A stretch of DNA of 64,000 nucleotides, taken from contig JAXLNO010000600.1 in NCBI GenBank assembly GCA_038087875.1, positions 372,001 through 436,000 of the forward strand. The letters run 5' to 3'. The DNA comes from Malacoraja senta. Lineage: Eukaryota. The number at the start of each line of letters is the position of its first letter. The first letter of the stretch is position 1. The position numbers and the translations under genes were made by a program. The notes under the pieces are model-generated. The model saw nothing but the letters and a program-made list of their open reading frames with translations, was not told the DNA's origin and searched no databases. Shown one piece after another: positions 1-11,832 of this stretch.

Positions 1-642
1 ATGTTTTCCCAAGAAACCTTTAGCTCTGCTACTGGATACAAGGAGACATCAAAGCATATTTGGGTTTAAATAGTACTGTTCAGGTGAAGCAGGATTATTT
101 GCTCGCATCTGGTGTGCTATAGTTTGAAAGTAGCTCCTTCTGCTAATGGATTGCACAGAACAGATGAATAATTGACCCAAGTGGCATGTGTTGCGTTGGA
201 GCGATATTGCAACAATGAACTTAGGAGGTCGTGTTGCAGTTGTATAACACGCTGGTGAGGCCGCATTTAGAGATTTGTGTTAAGTTTTGGGCACCATGTT
301 ATAAGAAAGATGTTGTCTTTGCCCCATATCATGTATCTATACACTGTAAATGCATTGATTGTAATCATGTATTGTCTTTCCGCTGACTGGTTAGCACGCA
401 ACAAAAGCTTTTCACTGTACCTCGGTACACATGACGATAAACTGAACTGAACTGAATGGAACTCGAGCTCGAAAGATTGCAGAGAAGATTTACGAGGATG
501 TTGCCAGGACTCAAAGTGGCCTGAGCTGTAGGGAGAGGTTGAGCAGGCTAGGACTCTATTCCTTGGAGCACAGGATCTTTTAGAGATGTGCAAAATCACT
601 AGAGGAATAAATCGGGAAGACGCAGAGTCTCTTGCCCAGAAT

Positions 643-925
643 AAGAATAAGGAGTAAGCCATTTAGAACGGAGACGAGGAAACACTTTTTCTCACAGAGT
701 GGTGAGTCTGTGGAATTCTCTGCCTCAGAGGGTGGTGGAGGCCGGTTCTCTGGATGCTTTCAAGAGAGAGCTAGATAGGGCTCTTAAAGATAGCGGAGTC
801 AGGGGATATGGGGAGAAGGCAGGAACGGGGAACTGATTGGGGATGATCAGCCATGATCATATTGAATGGCGGTGCTGGCTCGAAGGGCCAAATGGCCTAC
901 TCCTGCACCTATTGTCTATTGTCTA
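643..925 (+). mobile_element. CR1 LINE 3' fragment (young family with (CTATTGT)n tail), nested in an older CR1 remnant
   Basis: Encodes the LWNSLPQR...FKRELD C-terminus, has the shared 3' UTR and ends cctattgtctattgtcta. Confidence 0.85.
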
Positions 926-2207
926 TAGTAGGGGAATCTGAGAGGTAACTTTTTCACTCAAAGGGCGGTAGATGTATGGATAGAGCTGCCGGAGGAGGTA
1001 ATTGAGGCAGGTACTATTGCAACGTTCATGAGACATTTGGACAGGTACATGGATAGGACAGGTTTAGAGGAATATGGACCAAACACAGGCAGGTGGGACT
1101 AGTGTAGATGGCCGGTGTTGACAAATTGGGCCGATGGGCCTGTTTCCACGCTGTATCACTCTGTGATTTTATGAAGCTTTCTTGCAAAATCATGAGGTTT
1201 CTACACAAGGACTACAACATCACAGGGTACTGATTAGTTCCAATATTCCTGGCCCTAGAATCCGTACACTCACACTCCTGGCCCCACTTCATTGGCCGTA
1301 AAAGACCTTCGGGAAGTTCTGAAGTTGAGAAGGTACTATAGATGTTTCAGTCTTTCTCGGCCCTTTTAAGAAGCAATCCAATAGAATTATCAATAGAGTG
1401 GTGCATGTGGAAGGAATGGAAGCCAACTTAATTATTCCTCATTCCTTTTCAGGCTCTTTATATCCTCTTCCCAACTTGCTAACCGATCTAGTTTTATGAT
1501 TAGTAAATCTGGCTACAGTACATTCGGACCTTCATCCAAGTCTTATAGATAGTTGGAGCCCCAACATTGATCACCACGGCACCTTACTGATGGTCAATGC
1601 CAAAATGAACCACTTATTCCAGTTCTGTTTTCTATAAGTTAGCCAATCTTCTATACATGCCATTGTTTTGTCCCCATCCTGTGTACTCAAATGCTGTAAT
1701 TCTTGTGTCATCTTCTTGAAAGCTTTCTGCAAATCCAATATCCACCCTGTTGCATTCTAAAGACCTCCAGTATGTTTGCCAAACATTATATGTCTGGTGT
1801 AGCTCTGGCTAGGAATACCGAATCACCGCCCCATATCCTGTTTCGCATTCTTCTTCTTTTAATATATTCTTAGATTTAACTGGTCAGTCCGCACATTGTT
1901 TGTATGCAAAAGTTCTATGCCTGATTTGCCTATTTGACAATTAACTTATTCTGGGAATTATTCCATGTTTGAAGAATGGGAACATTACGATAGTGAGATA
2001 AGGCACTGCATGAATATTTGGTAATTTTTCTTCTCCCTTCCTTTCTCACCCTGGTCACACACACACCATGACATTTTCGAGTGCTGAATATTATTTTGCA
2101 AATACACCTGACTGCATCAACCAAATGAATATTGATTTGTCTAACTTCAAATAACCCTTGCTTTCCCTCTCTCTCCGTCCATCCCCATCCTAGTTCTCTG
2201 ACTAGTT

Positions 2208-2650
2208 CTACAATAGACAATGGGTGCAGGAGTAGGCCATTTGGTCCTTTGAGCCGGCACCGCCATTCACTGTGATCATGGCTGATCATCCCCAATCAGT
2301 ACCCCGTTCCTGCCTTCTCCCCATATACCCTGACTACGCTATCTTTAAGACCTCTATCTAGCTCTCTCTTGAAAGTATCCAGAGAACCGGCCTCCACCGC
2401 CCTCTGAGGCAGAGAATTCCTCAGACTCACAACTCTCTGTGTGAAAAAGTGTTTCCTCATCTCTGGTCTAAATGCCTTACCCCTTATTCTTAAACTGTGG
2501 CCCCTGGTTCTGCACTCCCCCAACATCGGGAACATGTTTCCTGCCTCTAGCATGTCCAAACCCTTAATAATCTTATATGTTTCAATAAGATCCCCTCTTA
2601 TCCTTCTAAACTCCAGAGTGTACAAGCCCAGCCGCTCCATTCTCTCAGCA
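2208..2650 (-). mobile_element. CR1 LINE 3' fragment
   Basis: ORF 2296..2640 LEFRRIRGDLIETYKI...NSLP, plus 3' UTR and tail. Confidence 0.9.
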
Positions 2651-2991
2651 CTCTACTGTCCTCCTGATTAAATATTACTGATTGTACGCCTCGTTGTCAC
2701 CTTCCCCTCAGCTAACATTGAACTATTCTGCATTTCCTTATCACCATCTGCTTTGAACTGTTTTCACACCTTACCCTTCCATATCTCTAGACTCCCTCTC
2801 TCCTGACTCTCAGTCTGAAGAAGGGTCTCGTCCCGAAACGTCACCCATTCCTTCTCTTCAGAGATGTTATCTGTCCCGCTGAGTTACTCCAGCATTTTGT
2901 TATCTATCAAAGGCATTTGAATTTCTCTTTACTAGTGTGGTCCTCATTTTATCTAACGTGCTGACACCACAATATCTTCCTTATCCTCCAG

Positions 2992-3057
2992 GTGAAGTAC
3001 TACAATGCTGAGAGTTACGAGGTGAACCAATTCAATGATGCCATACTGAAGTATCAG
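2992..3057 (+). CDS. ABCB6: ABCB6 coding exon (66 nt, phase 0-0), VKYYNAESYEVNQFNDAILKYQ
   Basis: Pyrimidine tract plus CAG acceptor and GTAAG donor; translation matches the VKYYNAE motif of ABCB6 as recalled; splices in frame with the next six exons. Confidence 0.95.
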
Positions 3058-3242
3058 GTAAGAACATCAGAAGCGTGGTAAATCTGCAAAATGGTTCAAC
3101 TCTTTTATTGACAACTCTTGATAATGCCACAACGTTCTTGCACTCAGACCTGCAGTTAGACCAGCTCCTGGTATGGAGGATGAGATTGCTTCCATCATAC
3201 GGGTTGGATCTGTGTTGAAAATTGAGAAATGATCTGAACGCA

Positions 3243-3672
3243 GGTAGACAAAAAATGCTGGAGAAACTCAGCTGGTGAGGCAGCATCTATGGAGCGAAGG
3301 AATAGGTGACGTTTCGGGTCGAGACCCTTCTTCAGACTGATGTGGGGGTGGGTGGGGGACGGGAAGAGGAAAGGAAGAGGCGGCGACAGTGGGCTGAGGG
3401 AGAACTGGGAAGGGGAGGGGAAGGAGGGGGAAAGCAAGGACTACCTGAAATTGGAGGTCAATGTTCATACCGCTGGGGTGTAAACTACCCAAGCGAAATA
3501 TGAGGTGCTGCTCCTCCAATTTACGATGGGACTCACTCAGGCCATGGAGGAGGCCCAGGACAGGAAGGTCGGATTCGGAATGGGAGGGGGAGATGAAGTG
3601 ACTGAGCCACCGGGAGATCAGGTTGGTTATTGCGAACTGAGCGGAGGTGTTGGACAAAGCGATCGCCAAGCC
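3243..3672 (-). mobile_element. Penelope-like element 3' fragment (GIY-YIG tail plus pLTR)
   Basis: RLGDRFVQHLRSVRNNQPDLPVA / HSESDL..LGLLH..RKLEEQHLIFRLGSLHPSGMNI, followed by the terminal repeat. Confidence 0.88.
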
Positions 3673-4564
3673 TAATACCTGGACGCAGTGTTTTTTTTGC
3701 AGACAAATAGGTCCAGTACACTATTGGCCCCTGTACATCAATATAGTTTTTAAAGATGCCAGTACGCTATACCAACACATGTTGCCACATATAAAGAACT
3801 ACAATATTCCCAGCAGATAGTTGCTTCTACAGAGGGATGCTTCTACATAATGGTAAGTTTAGACCAGTGACAGGGTCTCAGGAAAAGGGTTTGGCCGTAT
3901 AGGGTTGAGAAGAGATGAAACTTTTTAACTTGGAAGGCAGGGAACTTTGGAAATGCCTACCCTGGAGGACAAACATTGAGCATAATCAGCCTTAAGATGG
4001 ATGGATATTTGGATATGAACTATATTATGGAAAGATATTGTTAAAGCTGGAAAGATGCAGAGAATATTTACAAGGGTGTTGCCAGGACTTGAGGGCCTGC
4101 GTATTATTCAGAGGTTGAGTAGGCTAAGATTTTATTCCTTGGAGTCCAGGAGGCTGAGGGGTGATCTTATAGAGGTGTATATAATCATGAGGGGAATAGA
4201 TGGGGTGAATGCACACTTTTACCCAATATAGGGAATCAGAGGTTTAAGGTGAGAGGCAAAAGATTCAACCTTTTCACACAGCGGGTGGTAAATATATGGA
4301 ACGAGCTGCCAGTGGAGGTAGTTGAGGCAGGCCTCCAAAAAGACATTTGGAGAGGTACAAGAATAGCAAAGGTTTAGAGAGATATAGGCCAAGCATGGGC
4401 AGGTGGGACTAGTGTAGATGGGGCATCTTGGTCAGCATGGGCAAGTTGGGCTGAAGGGTCTGTTTCTGCGCTGTATGACTATGACTCTCAATGTAGTTGA
4501 GGTAGCTGTGAGACTAGTAGACTCATCACGGATAAAGAAAACAATTCAAGTGCCCGATCATCTT

Positions 4565-4857
4565 AGGAATAATGGGTAAGCCATTTAGAACGGAGACAAG
4601 GAAACACTTTTTCTCACAGAGAGTTGTGAGTCTGTGGAATTCTCTGCCTCAGAGGGCGGTGGAGGCCGGTTCTCTGGATGCTTTCAAGAGAGAACTAGAT
4701 AGGGCTCTTAAAGATAGCGGAGTCAGGGGATATGGGGAGAAGGCAGGAACGGGGTACTGATTGGGGATGACCAGCCATGATCGCATCGAATGGCGGTGCT
4801 GGCTCGAAGGGCCGAATGGCCTACACCTGCACCTATTGTCTATTGTCTACTGTCTAT
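4565..4857 (+). mobile_element. CR1 LINE 3' fragment
   Basis: ORF 4572..4760 and (CTATTGT)n tail. Confidence 0.9.
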
Positions 4858-4952
4858 CGCTATGTGAGTTTGAATGTAGCATGTTTGATTCATACATTCT
4901 GGATTGTTAATGTGAATCTGCTGCTCATCCCATCGATGTCACTTCCCTTTAG

Positions 4953-5078
4953 GTGGCAGAGTGGAAAACTTCTGCAAGTCTCCCAGTTTTAAACCAAAGT
5001 CAGAACGTGATCATTAGTCTTGGGCTGCTGGCTGGATCCCTGCTCTGCGCCTACTTTGTCACGGAGAAAAAGTTTCAG
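4953..5078 (+). CDS. ABCB6: ABCB6 coding exon (126 nt), [42 protein letters not shown] (TM helix)
   Basis: cccttTAG acceptor, GTAAG donor; LNQ...[15 protein letters not shown] matches ABCB6. Confidence 0.95.
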
Positions 5079-5344
5079 GTAAGTAGCTCCTTCCTGCCAG
5101 TGGTGGAGATATGTGGCGTAGAATAAAGCCCTTCCACCCATCACGGAATGAAATGGAATACTTTATTGTCACATGTGACTAAGCAGAGTGACATTTTTTG
5201 CTTCCACACCCACTGTATACATATGACCGTGATCATAGGTAGACAAAAATGCTGGAGAAACTCAGCGGGTGAGGTAGCATCTATGGAGCGAAGGAATAGG
5301 TGACGTTTCGGGTCGAGACCCTTCTTCAGACTTCAGTAGTCTCG

Positions 5345-5637
5345 ACCCCACACCTGGAGTATTGTGTGCAGTTTGGGTCCCCTAGAAGGATGAGAGGGAA
5401 TCTCATTGAAACATATAAGATTGTTAAGGGCTTGGACACGCTAGAGGCAGGAAACATGTTCACGATGTTGGGGGAGTCCAGAACCAGGGGCCACAGTTTA
5501 AGAATAAGGGGTAAGCCATTTAGAACGGAGACGAGGAAACACTTTTTCTCACAGAGAGTGGTGAATCTGTGGAATTCTCTGCCTCAGAGGGCGGTGGAGG
5601 CAGGTTCTCTGGATGCTTTCAAGAGAGAGCTAGATAG
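5345..5637 (+). mobile_element. CR1 LINE fragment with internal deletion
   Basis: PHLEYCVQF joined directly to RRMRGNLIETYK...FKRELD. Confidence 0.85.
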
Positions 5638-5827
5638 TAGTCTAGTCTTGGAGATTACAACTCACCAAGTGTATGTGGGGAGGTTTCTGCCGCCTTCTAC
5701 CCGTTCAGGTACCGCAGCTATTCCCTGGATGACAACATTTCTCAATTCCCCTCTAATTCCTAAACTGTGGAAGGATAGGGAGTACAGACTTGTATTTGTG
5801 TGCATCGTGACCTGTCGCACAAAATCT

Positions 5828-6541
5828 GACTCTCTGTGTGAAAAAGTGTTTCCTCGTCTCCGTTCTAAATGGCTTACCCCTTATTCTTAAACTTTGGCCC
5901 CTGGTTCTGCTCCCCCAACATCGGGAACATGTTTCCTGTCTCTAGCGTGTCCAAACCCTTAATAATCTTATATGTTTCAGTAAGATCTCCTCTCATCCTT
6001 CAAAATTCCAGAGTGTACAAGCCCAGCCGCTCCATTCTCTCAGCGTATATGAGAGTCCCGCCATCCCAGGAATTAACCTTGTAAACCTACGCTGCACTCC
6101 CTCAATAGCAAGAATGTCCTTCCTCAAATTAGGGGACCAAAACTGCACACAATACTCCACAATGTGATGAATAAAACCGTATTGTATTGTATTGTTGTAT
6201 AGGTGTGGTCTCACTAGGGCCCTGTACCACTGCAGAAGGACCGCTCTGCTCCTATACTCAACTCCTCTTGTTATGAAGGCCAACATGCCATTCGTTTTCT
6301 TCACTGCCTGCTGTACCTGCATGCTTACTTTCATTGACTGATGAACAAAGACCCCCAGATCCCGTTGTACTTCCCCTTTTCCCAACTTGACACCATTTAG
6401 ATAATAATCTGCCTTCCTGTTTTTGCTACCAAAGTGGATAACCTCACATTTATCCACATTAAACTGCATCAGCCATGCATCTGCCCACTCACCCAACCTG
6501 TCCAAGTCACCCTGCATTCTCGTAGCATTCTGCATTCTCAT
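5828..6541 (-). mobile_element. CR1 LINE ORF2 fragment
   Basis: ORF 5993..6547 QGDLDRLGEWAD..MQFNVDKCEV..RPHL..YCVQFWSP. Confidence 0.9.
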
Positions 6542-7505
6542 AGTCAAGTCAAGTCAAGTCACATTTATTTATATAGCACATTTAAAAAACAACTCTCTTT
6601 GGCCAAAGTGCTTTACATTTGTTATAAGAATAGTATAAACAAACAAACTACATACATATATACATATAGCCCTCGCTCAGAGGACGTCAAGAAAGGCTTG
6701 GGAGTATAGATACGTTTTTAGTCTTGACTTAAAGGAGTCGATGGAGGGGGCAATTCTGATGGGAAGGGGGATGCTATTCCACAGTCTAGGAGCTGCAACC
6801 GCAAAGGCGCGGTCGCCCCTGAGCTTATGCCTAGACCGCGGGATATTCAACAACCCCAAGTCGGCCGATCTGAGGGACCTGGAGGTGAAGTGGTGGGTAA
6901 GAAGACTTTTAATGTAGGTGGGGGCAAGCCCATTGAGGGCTTTGTAGACATAGAGGAGGATCTTGAAATTTATATGGAACCGCACAGGGAGCCAGTGGAG
7001 AGAGGCCAGGATCGGGGTGAAGTGGTCCCTTTTTCGGGTGCCCGTCAGGAGTCTTGCTGTGGCGTTTTGGGCCAGTTGCAGGCGGGACAGGGAAGATTGG
7101 CTGATGCCAGTGTAAAGGGAGTTGCAGTAATCTAGGCGGGAGGAGATAAATGTGTGGATGATATTTTCGAGGTCATCAAAGTGGAGGAATTGTTTTATTT
7201 TAGCTATCGTCCGAAGCTGAAAGAAGCTAGCTTTTACCACGGCATTGACTTGTTGTCAAATTTCAGTGCTGAGTCAAATATCACGCCAAGGTTTTTGACG
7301 TGAGGTTTGAGTAGTGGGGTAAGGCTTCCAAGGCTGCCTGCTATCATTTTGGTTGAGGCCGAGGGGCCGAGAAGGATGACCTCAGACTTACTCTCCTTTA
7401 ACTGGAGGAAGTTCTGGGCCATCCAACACTTTATATCCTCGAGGCAGTGGGTAAGGTTAAGCAGATTTGATTGGTTTTTGGGCTTCAGGGGGAGATAGAG
7501 TTGTG
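6542..7505 (-). mobile_element. L2-clade LINE 3' fragment with (TTGAC)n tail
   Basis: ORFs 7234..7536 and 6677..7240: WMAQNFLQL, FISSRLDYCNSL, LQLAQN, HWLPV..INFKILL, RAFAVAAPRLWNS are L2-type; tail tcaagtcaagtcaag on + strand. Confidence 0.88.
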
Positions 7506-7624
7506 TCTGCCCACTCACCCAACATGTCCAAGTCACCCTGCATTCTTAGTCCCACGGGTCATGTTATTAAAAGTCTCTCAGCATTTTAAATCATGCACCT
7601 GATTGCCTTTCTTTTTCTACACAG

Positions 7625-7701
7625 ATCGGTGACTTTGTCCTGTTTGGAACCTACATCATTCAGCTGTACACACCACTTTATTGGTTTGGGACCTATTACA
7701 G
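7625..7701 (+). CDS. ABCB6: ABCB6 coding exon (77 nt), [25 protein letters not shown](R) (last core TM helix)
   Basis: ctttttctacaCAG acceptor, GTAAGT donor; [25 protein letters not shown] is characteristic of ABCB6. Confidence 0.96.
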
Positions 7702-8829
7702 GTAAGTGGTCTTGGATATTGCCCTATACCTCATGAACCCTGGTCTTTCCGATGATAACCTTCTTCCTTTATTGCAATTGCTTTTTAATGCCTCTGTTCA
7801 GTTTACTTTATTGTCACGTGTACCGAGGTACAGTGAAAAGCTTTTGTTGCATGCTGAGCAGTCAGCAGAAAGACAATACATGATTACAATCGAGCCGTCC
7901 ACAGTGTACTGATATATGAAAAGGGAATAATGTTTAGTGCAAGGTAAAGTCCGATCAATGATAGTCGGAGGGTCACCAATGAGATAGATGGTAGTTCAGG
8001 ACTGCTCTCTGGTTGTGGTCGGATGGTTCAGTTGCCTGATAACAGCTGGGAAGAAACTTTCCGTGTATTTGGAGTTGTTTAAGAAAGATGCTGGAAAAAT
8101 CAAAGGTAGACAAAAGTGCTGGAGAAACTCAGCGGGTGAGGCAGCATCTATGGAACGAAGGAATAGCTGATGTTTCGGGTCGAGACCCTTCTTCAGACTG
8201 ATGTGGGGGTGGGGGGGGCGGGAGGAAGAAAGGAAGAGGCGGAGACTGTGGGAGAGCTGGGAAGGGGAGGGGAAGGAGGGAGAAAGCTCCCAGCTCTCCC
8301 ACAGACTACTGTCTCCTCTTCCTTTCTTCTTCCCGCCCGAAACGTCACCTATTCCTTCGCTTCATAGATGCTGCCTCACCCGCTGAGTTTCTCCAGCATT
8401 TTTGTCTACCTTCATGTATTTGGAGATGGTGCGTTTTCACACTTGCCCAACGGGAGAGGGGAGAAGGGGGAGTGTTGGCCAGGTTTCTCACCATTGCCCC
8501 CACTGCTCAGACACTGCACCCAGCTCCCACTGCCCCAGGCACAGCTAAACACTCGCTTACATTAAAGGTTTATGCTTTTGCTTGCTATTTTGCTTTATAC
8601 TCTAATACTTTTTTGTTATTCTGCATAACTCACAAGAATGTAGCAAACTAAAATAGGAGCATGCAGTGTGGCCTCTTGTAGTTTAGTTTAGAGATACAGC
8701 ATGGAAACAAGCCCTTCGGCTCACTGAGTCCACGCCGACAAGCGATTCCCGCACACTAACACTATCCGACACACACTAGTGACAATTTACAATTTTACAG
8801 AAGCCAATTAACCTACAAACCAGTACATC

Positions 8830-9474
8830 AGGTAGATAAGGTGGTCAAAAAGGCTTTTGGCACTTTGCCCTTCATCAGTCAGCGTATTGAGTATAGAAGT
8901 TGGGAAGTCATGTTGTAGTTGTATAAGACGTTGGTGAGACCGCATTTAGAATTTAGAATATTGTGTTCAGTTCTAGGGACCATGTTTTCAGAAAGATATA
9001 GTCAATTTTGAAAGGGTTTAGAGCAGATTTACAAGAATGTTGCCAGGACTAGAGGGTGTGAGCTACAGGGAGTGGTTGAGTAGGCTGGGACTATTCCTTG
9101 GAGCGCAGGAGGATCAGGGGTGATCTTATAGAGGTGTATAAAATCATGACAGGAATAGATCGGGTAGATGTACAGAGTCTCTTGCCCAGAGTAGGGGAAT
9201 CGAGGACCAGAGGACATAAGTTCATGGTGAAGGGGAAAAGATTTAATAGGAATCCGAGGGGTAACTTTTTCACACAAAGGGTGGTGGGTGTATGGAACAA
9301 GCTGCCAGAGGAGGTAGTTGAGGCTGGGACTATCCCATCAGGTGCATGAATAAGACGGGTTTGGACTGATATGGACCAAGTGCTGGCAAATGGGACTAGT
9401 GTAGCTGGGACATTGTTGGCAAATTGGTCCGAAGGGCCTGTTTCCACACTGTATCACTCTATGACTCTATGACT
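8830..9474 (+). mobile_element. CR1 LINE 3' fragment with (CTATGACT)n tail
   Basis: ORF 9098..9349 RRIRGDLIEVYKIM...FFTQRVVGVWNKLP. Confidence 0.88.
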
Positions 9475-9599
9475 ATCTTTGGAGTGTGGGAGGAAACCGA
9501 AGCTCCCGGAAAAAAGCCCACACAGGTCACAGGGAGAATGGACTAACTATGTGCAGTCAGCACCCGGTCAGGATCAAACCAGGATCTCTGGCGCTGTAA

Positions 9600-9755
9600 A
9601 GGGCCTGTCCCACTAACGCGGCTTTTCAGCGACTGTCTTCGACCTTCAAGCTCGAGGGCACTCGCCTGAAAATCCTCGAGCTGGATCGACCGTCAGCGCT
9701 GAAAACGCCAGCCACATCGTCCGTCTGCGCACGCACGCACACACACACACACGCA

Positions 9756-9853
<98 letters not shown>

Positions 9854-10422
9854 ACCCCCCCCCCCCCCCCCACCAACCACCCACCACCCACCACCCACCA
9901 CCAAAGACGGAGGCCAGTGAAAGCGGGGGAGCTCTGTCTGAAATTCACACCCGCGATGAACAGGAGGGTAAAAGACGGCTGTTAATCCTTAAGAGAGCGC
10001 GGTGGGGGGGAGAAGGAGTGGAGGCACTTTTAAGAAGCCAGACAACTTTTAATAAAGTTTAGCTGGCATTTAACATTACCGGTCGGTTTACCTTGGTTTT
10101 GAAGACTCCAATGAGCCAATTAAAATGCCCGGTCAGCAAAGGAGATTGCCTACGACTACCTCGACTGCCTAGGGACCCCACTCCACTGTAGTACGAGTTC
10201 AAAAGAACCATGCTGACCAATTTTCACTCTCGGAAAATTGTTCAGCATGCTGAAAATGTTTCCTCGACCAAACGGAGGCCGCGAGTATGCGGGAACTTCC
10301 CTCGAGCATGAAGGAGAGTCCCAGTGACCTCCTAGGACCACGTGTAGACCATGCTGCGAGTTTGAGTCAAGAGCAAACTCTTCTAAACTTGCAAATTAGG
10401 TCGCCGCTGTGGGACAGCCCCT
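9600..10422. mobile_element. PIF/Harbinger-type non-autonomous element
   Basis: TAA|AGGGCCTGTCCCAC ... GTGGGACAGCCCCT termini; no ORF. Confidence 0.75.
9727..9903. repeat. Compound microsatellite (GCAC)n/(CA)n/poly-C/(CCAC)n inside the MITE
   Basis: Directly visible. Confidence 0.97.
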
Positions 10423-10667
10423 CAGGCAGCAACTCTACTGGTGCCACCCAATTTGAATTGAACTGAATCAAACAAACCTGCAAGCATTTTTTCAGCTGGA
10501 CATGAGGCTTCCTCCTACCTGTGATTGAGTTGAGGAAGAGAGGTTATGAGCACCAGTGGTGAAAATCTAGTTGTGTTGAGGTATGAATATTCATTTCTCA
10601 AACTTCAAGTAGCCCTTGCTTTCCCTCTCTCTCCATCCCTCCCCCACCCTAGTTCTCCGACTAGTTT

Positions 10668-11832
10668 CAATAGACAATAGGTGCAGGAATAGGCCATTTG
10701 GCCCTTCGAGCCAGCACCGCCATTCACTGTGATCATGGCTGATCACCCCCAATCAGTACCCCGTTCCTGCCTTCTCCCCATATCCCCTGACTCCACTATC
10801 TTTAAGAGCCCTATCCAGCTCTCTCTTGAAAGAACCGACTTCCACTGCCCTCTGAGGCAGAGAATTCCACAGACTCATAACTCCCTGTGAGAAAAAGCGT
10901 TTCCTCGTCTCCGTTCTAAATGGCTTACCCCTTATTCTTAAACCGTGGCCCCTGGTTCTGGACTCCCCCAACATCGGGAACATGTTTCCTGCCTCTAGCG
11001 TGTCCAAACCCTTAATAATCTTATATGTTTCAATAAGATATCCTCTCATCCTTCTAAACTCCAGAGAATGCAAGCCCAACCGCTCCATTCTCTCAGCATA
11101 TGACAGTCCCGCCATCCCGGGAATTAACCTTGTAAACCTACGCTGCACTCCCTCAATAGCAAGAATGTCCTTCCTCAAATTAGGGGACCAAAACTGCCCA
11201 CAATACTCCAGGTGTGGTCTCACTAGGGCCCTGTACAACTGCAGATGGACCTCTTTGCTCCTATACTCGACTCCTCTTGTTATAAAGACCAACGTGCCAT
11301 TCGCTTTCTTCACTGCCTGCTGTACCTGCATGCTTACTTTCATTGACTGATGAACAAGGACCCCAGATCCCGTTGTACTTCCCTTTTTCCCAACTTGACA
11401 CCATTTAGATAATAATCTGCCTTCCTGTTTTTGCTACCAAAGTGGATAACCTCACATTTATCAACATTAAACTGCATCTGCCATGCATCTGCCCACTTAA
11501 CCAACCTGTCCAAGTCACCCTGCATTCTCATAGCATCCTCCTCACAGTTCACACTGCCACCCAGCTTTGAGTCATCTGCAAATTTGCTAATGTTACTTTG
11601 AATCACTTCATCTAAATCATTGATGTATATTGTAAATAGCTGCGGTCCCAGCACCGAGCCTTGCGTCACCCCACTAGTCACTGCCTGCCATTCTGAAAGG
11701 GACCCGTTAATCCCTACTCTTTGTTTCCTGTCTGCCAACCACTTCTCTATCCATGTCAGCATTCTACCCCCAATACCATGTGCCCTAATTTTGCCCACTA
11801 ATCTCCTATGTGGGACCTTATCAAATGCTTTT
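10668..11832 (-). mobile_element. CR1 LINE, 5'-truncated (RT C-terminal half and 3' UTR)
   Basis: ORFs 11340..11798 (QGSVLGP, FADD) and 10753..11343, separated by a frameshift. Confidence 0.93.

Larger units (their letters stand above)
8680..10450 (-). mobile_element. tRNA-derived HE1/V-SINE-like SINE split into three pieces (about 8680-8828, 9475-9599, 10423-10450) by a CR1 fragment and a MITE
   Basis: The pieces are collinear with the intact copy at 34781-35075. Confidence 0.75.

Noticed and set aside
81..130. CAG|GTGAAGCAG as a possible ABCB6 exon start
   Set aside because: The translation does not continue into ABC-transporter sequence and reaches a stop within about 13 codons.
5300..5890. 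196-aa ORF
   Set aside because: Mosaic of a Penelope stub, a CR1 fragment and flanking sequence; no coherent protein.
9626..9948. Cys/Val/Arg-rich ORFs
   Set aside because: Translations of the (CA)n/(GCAC)n microsatellite.
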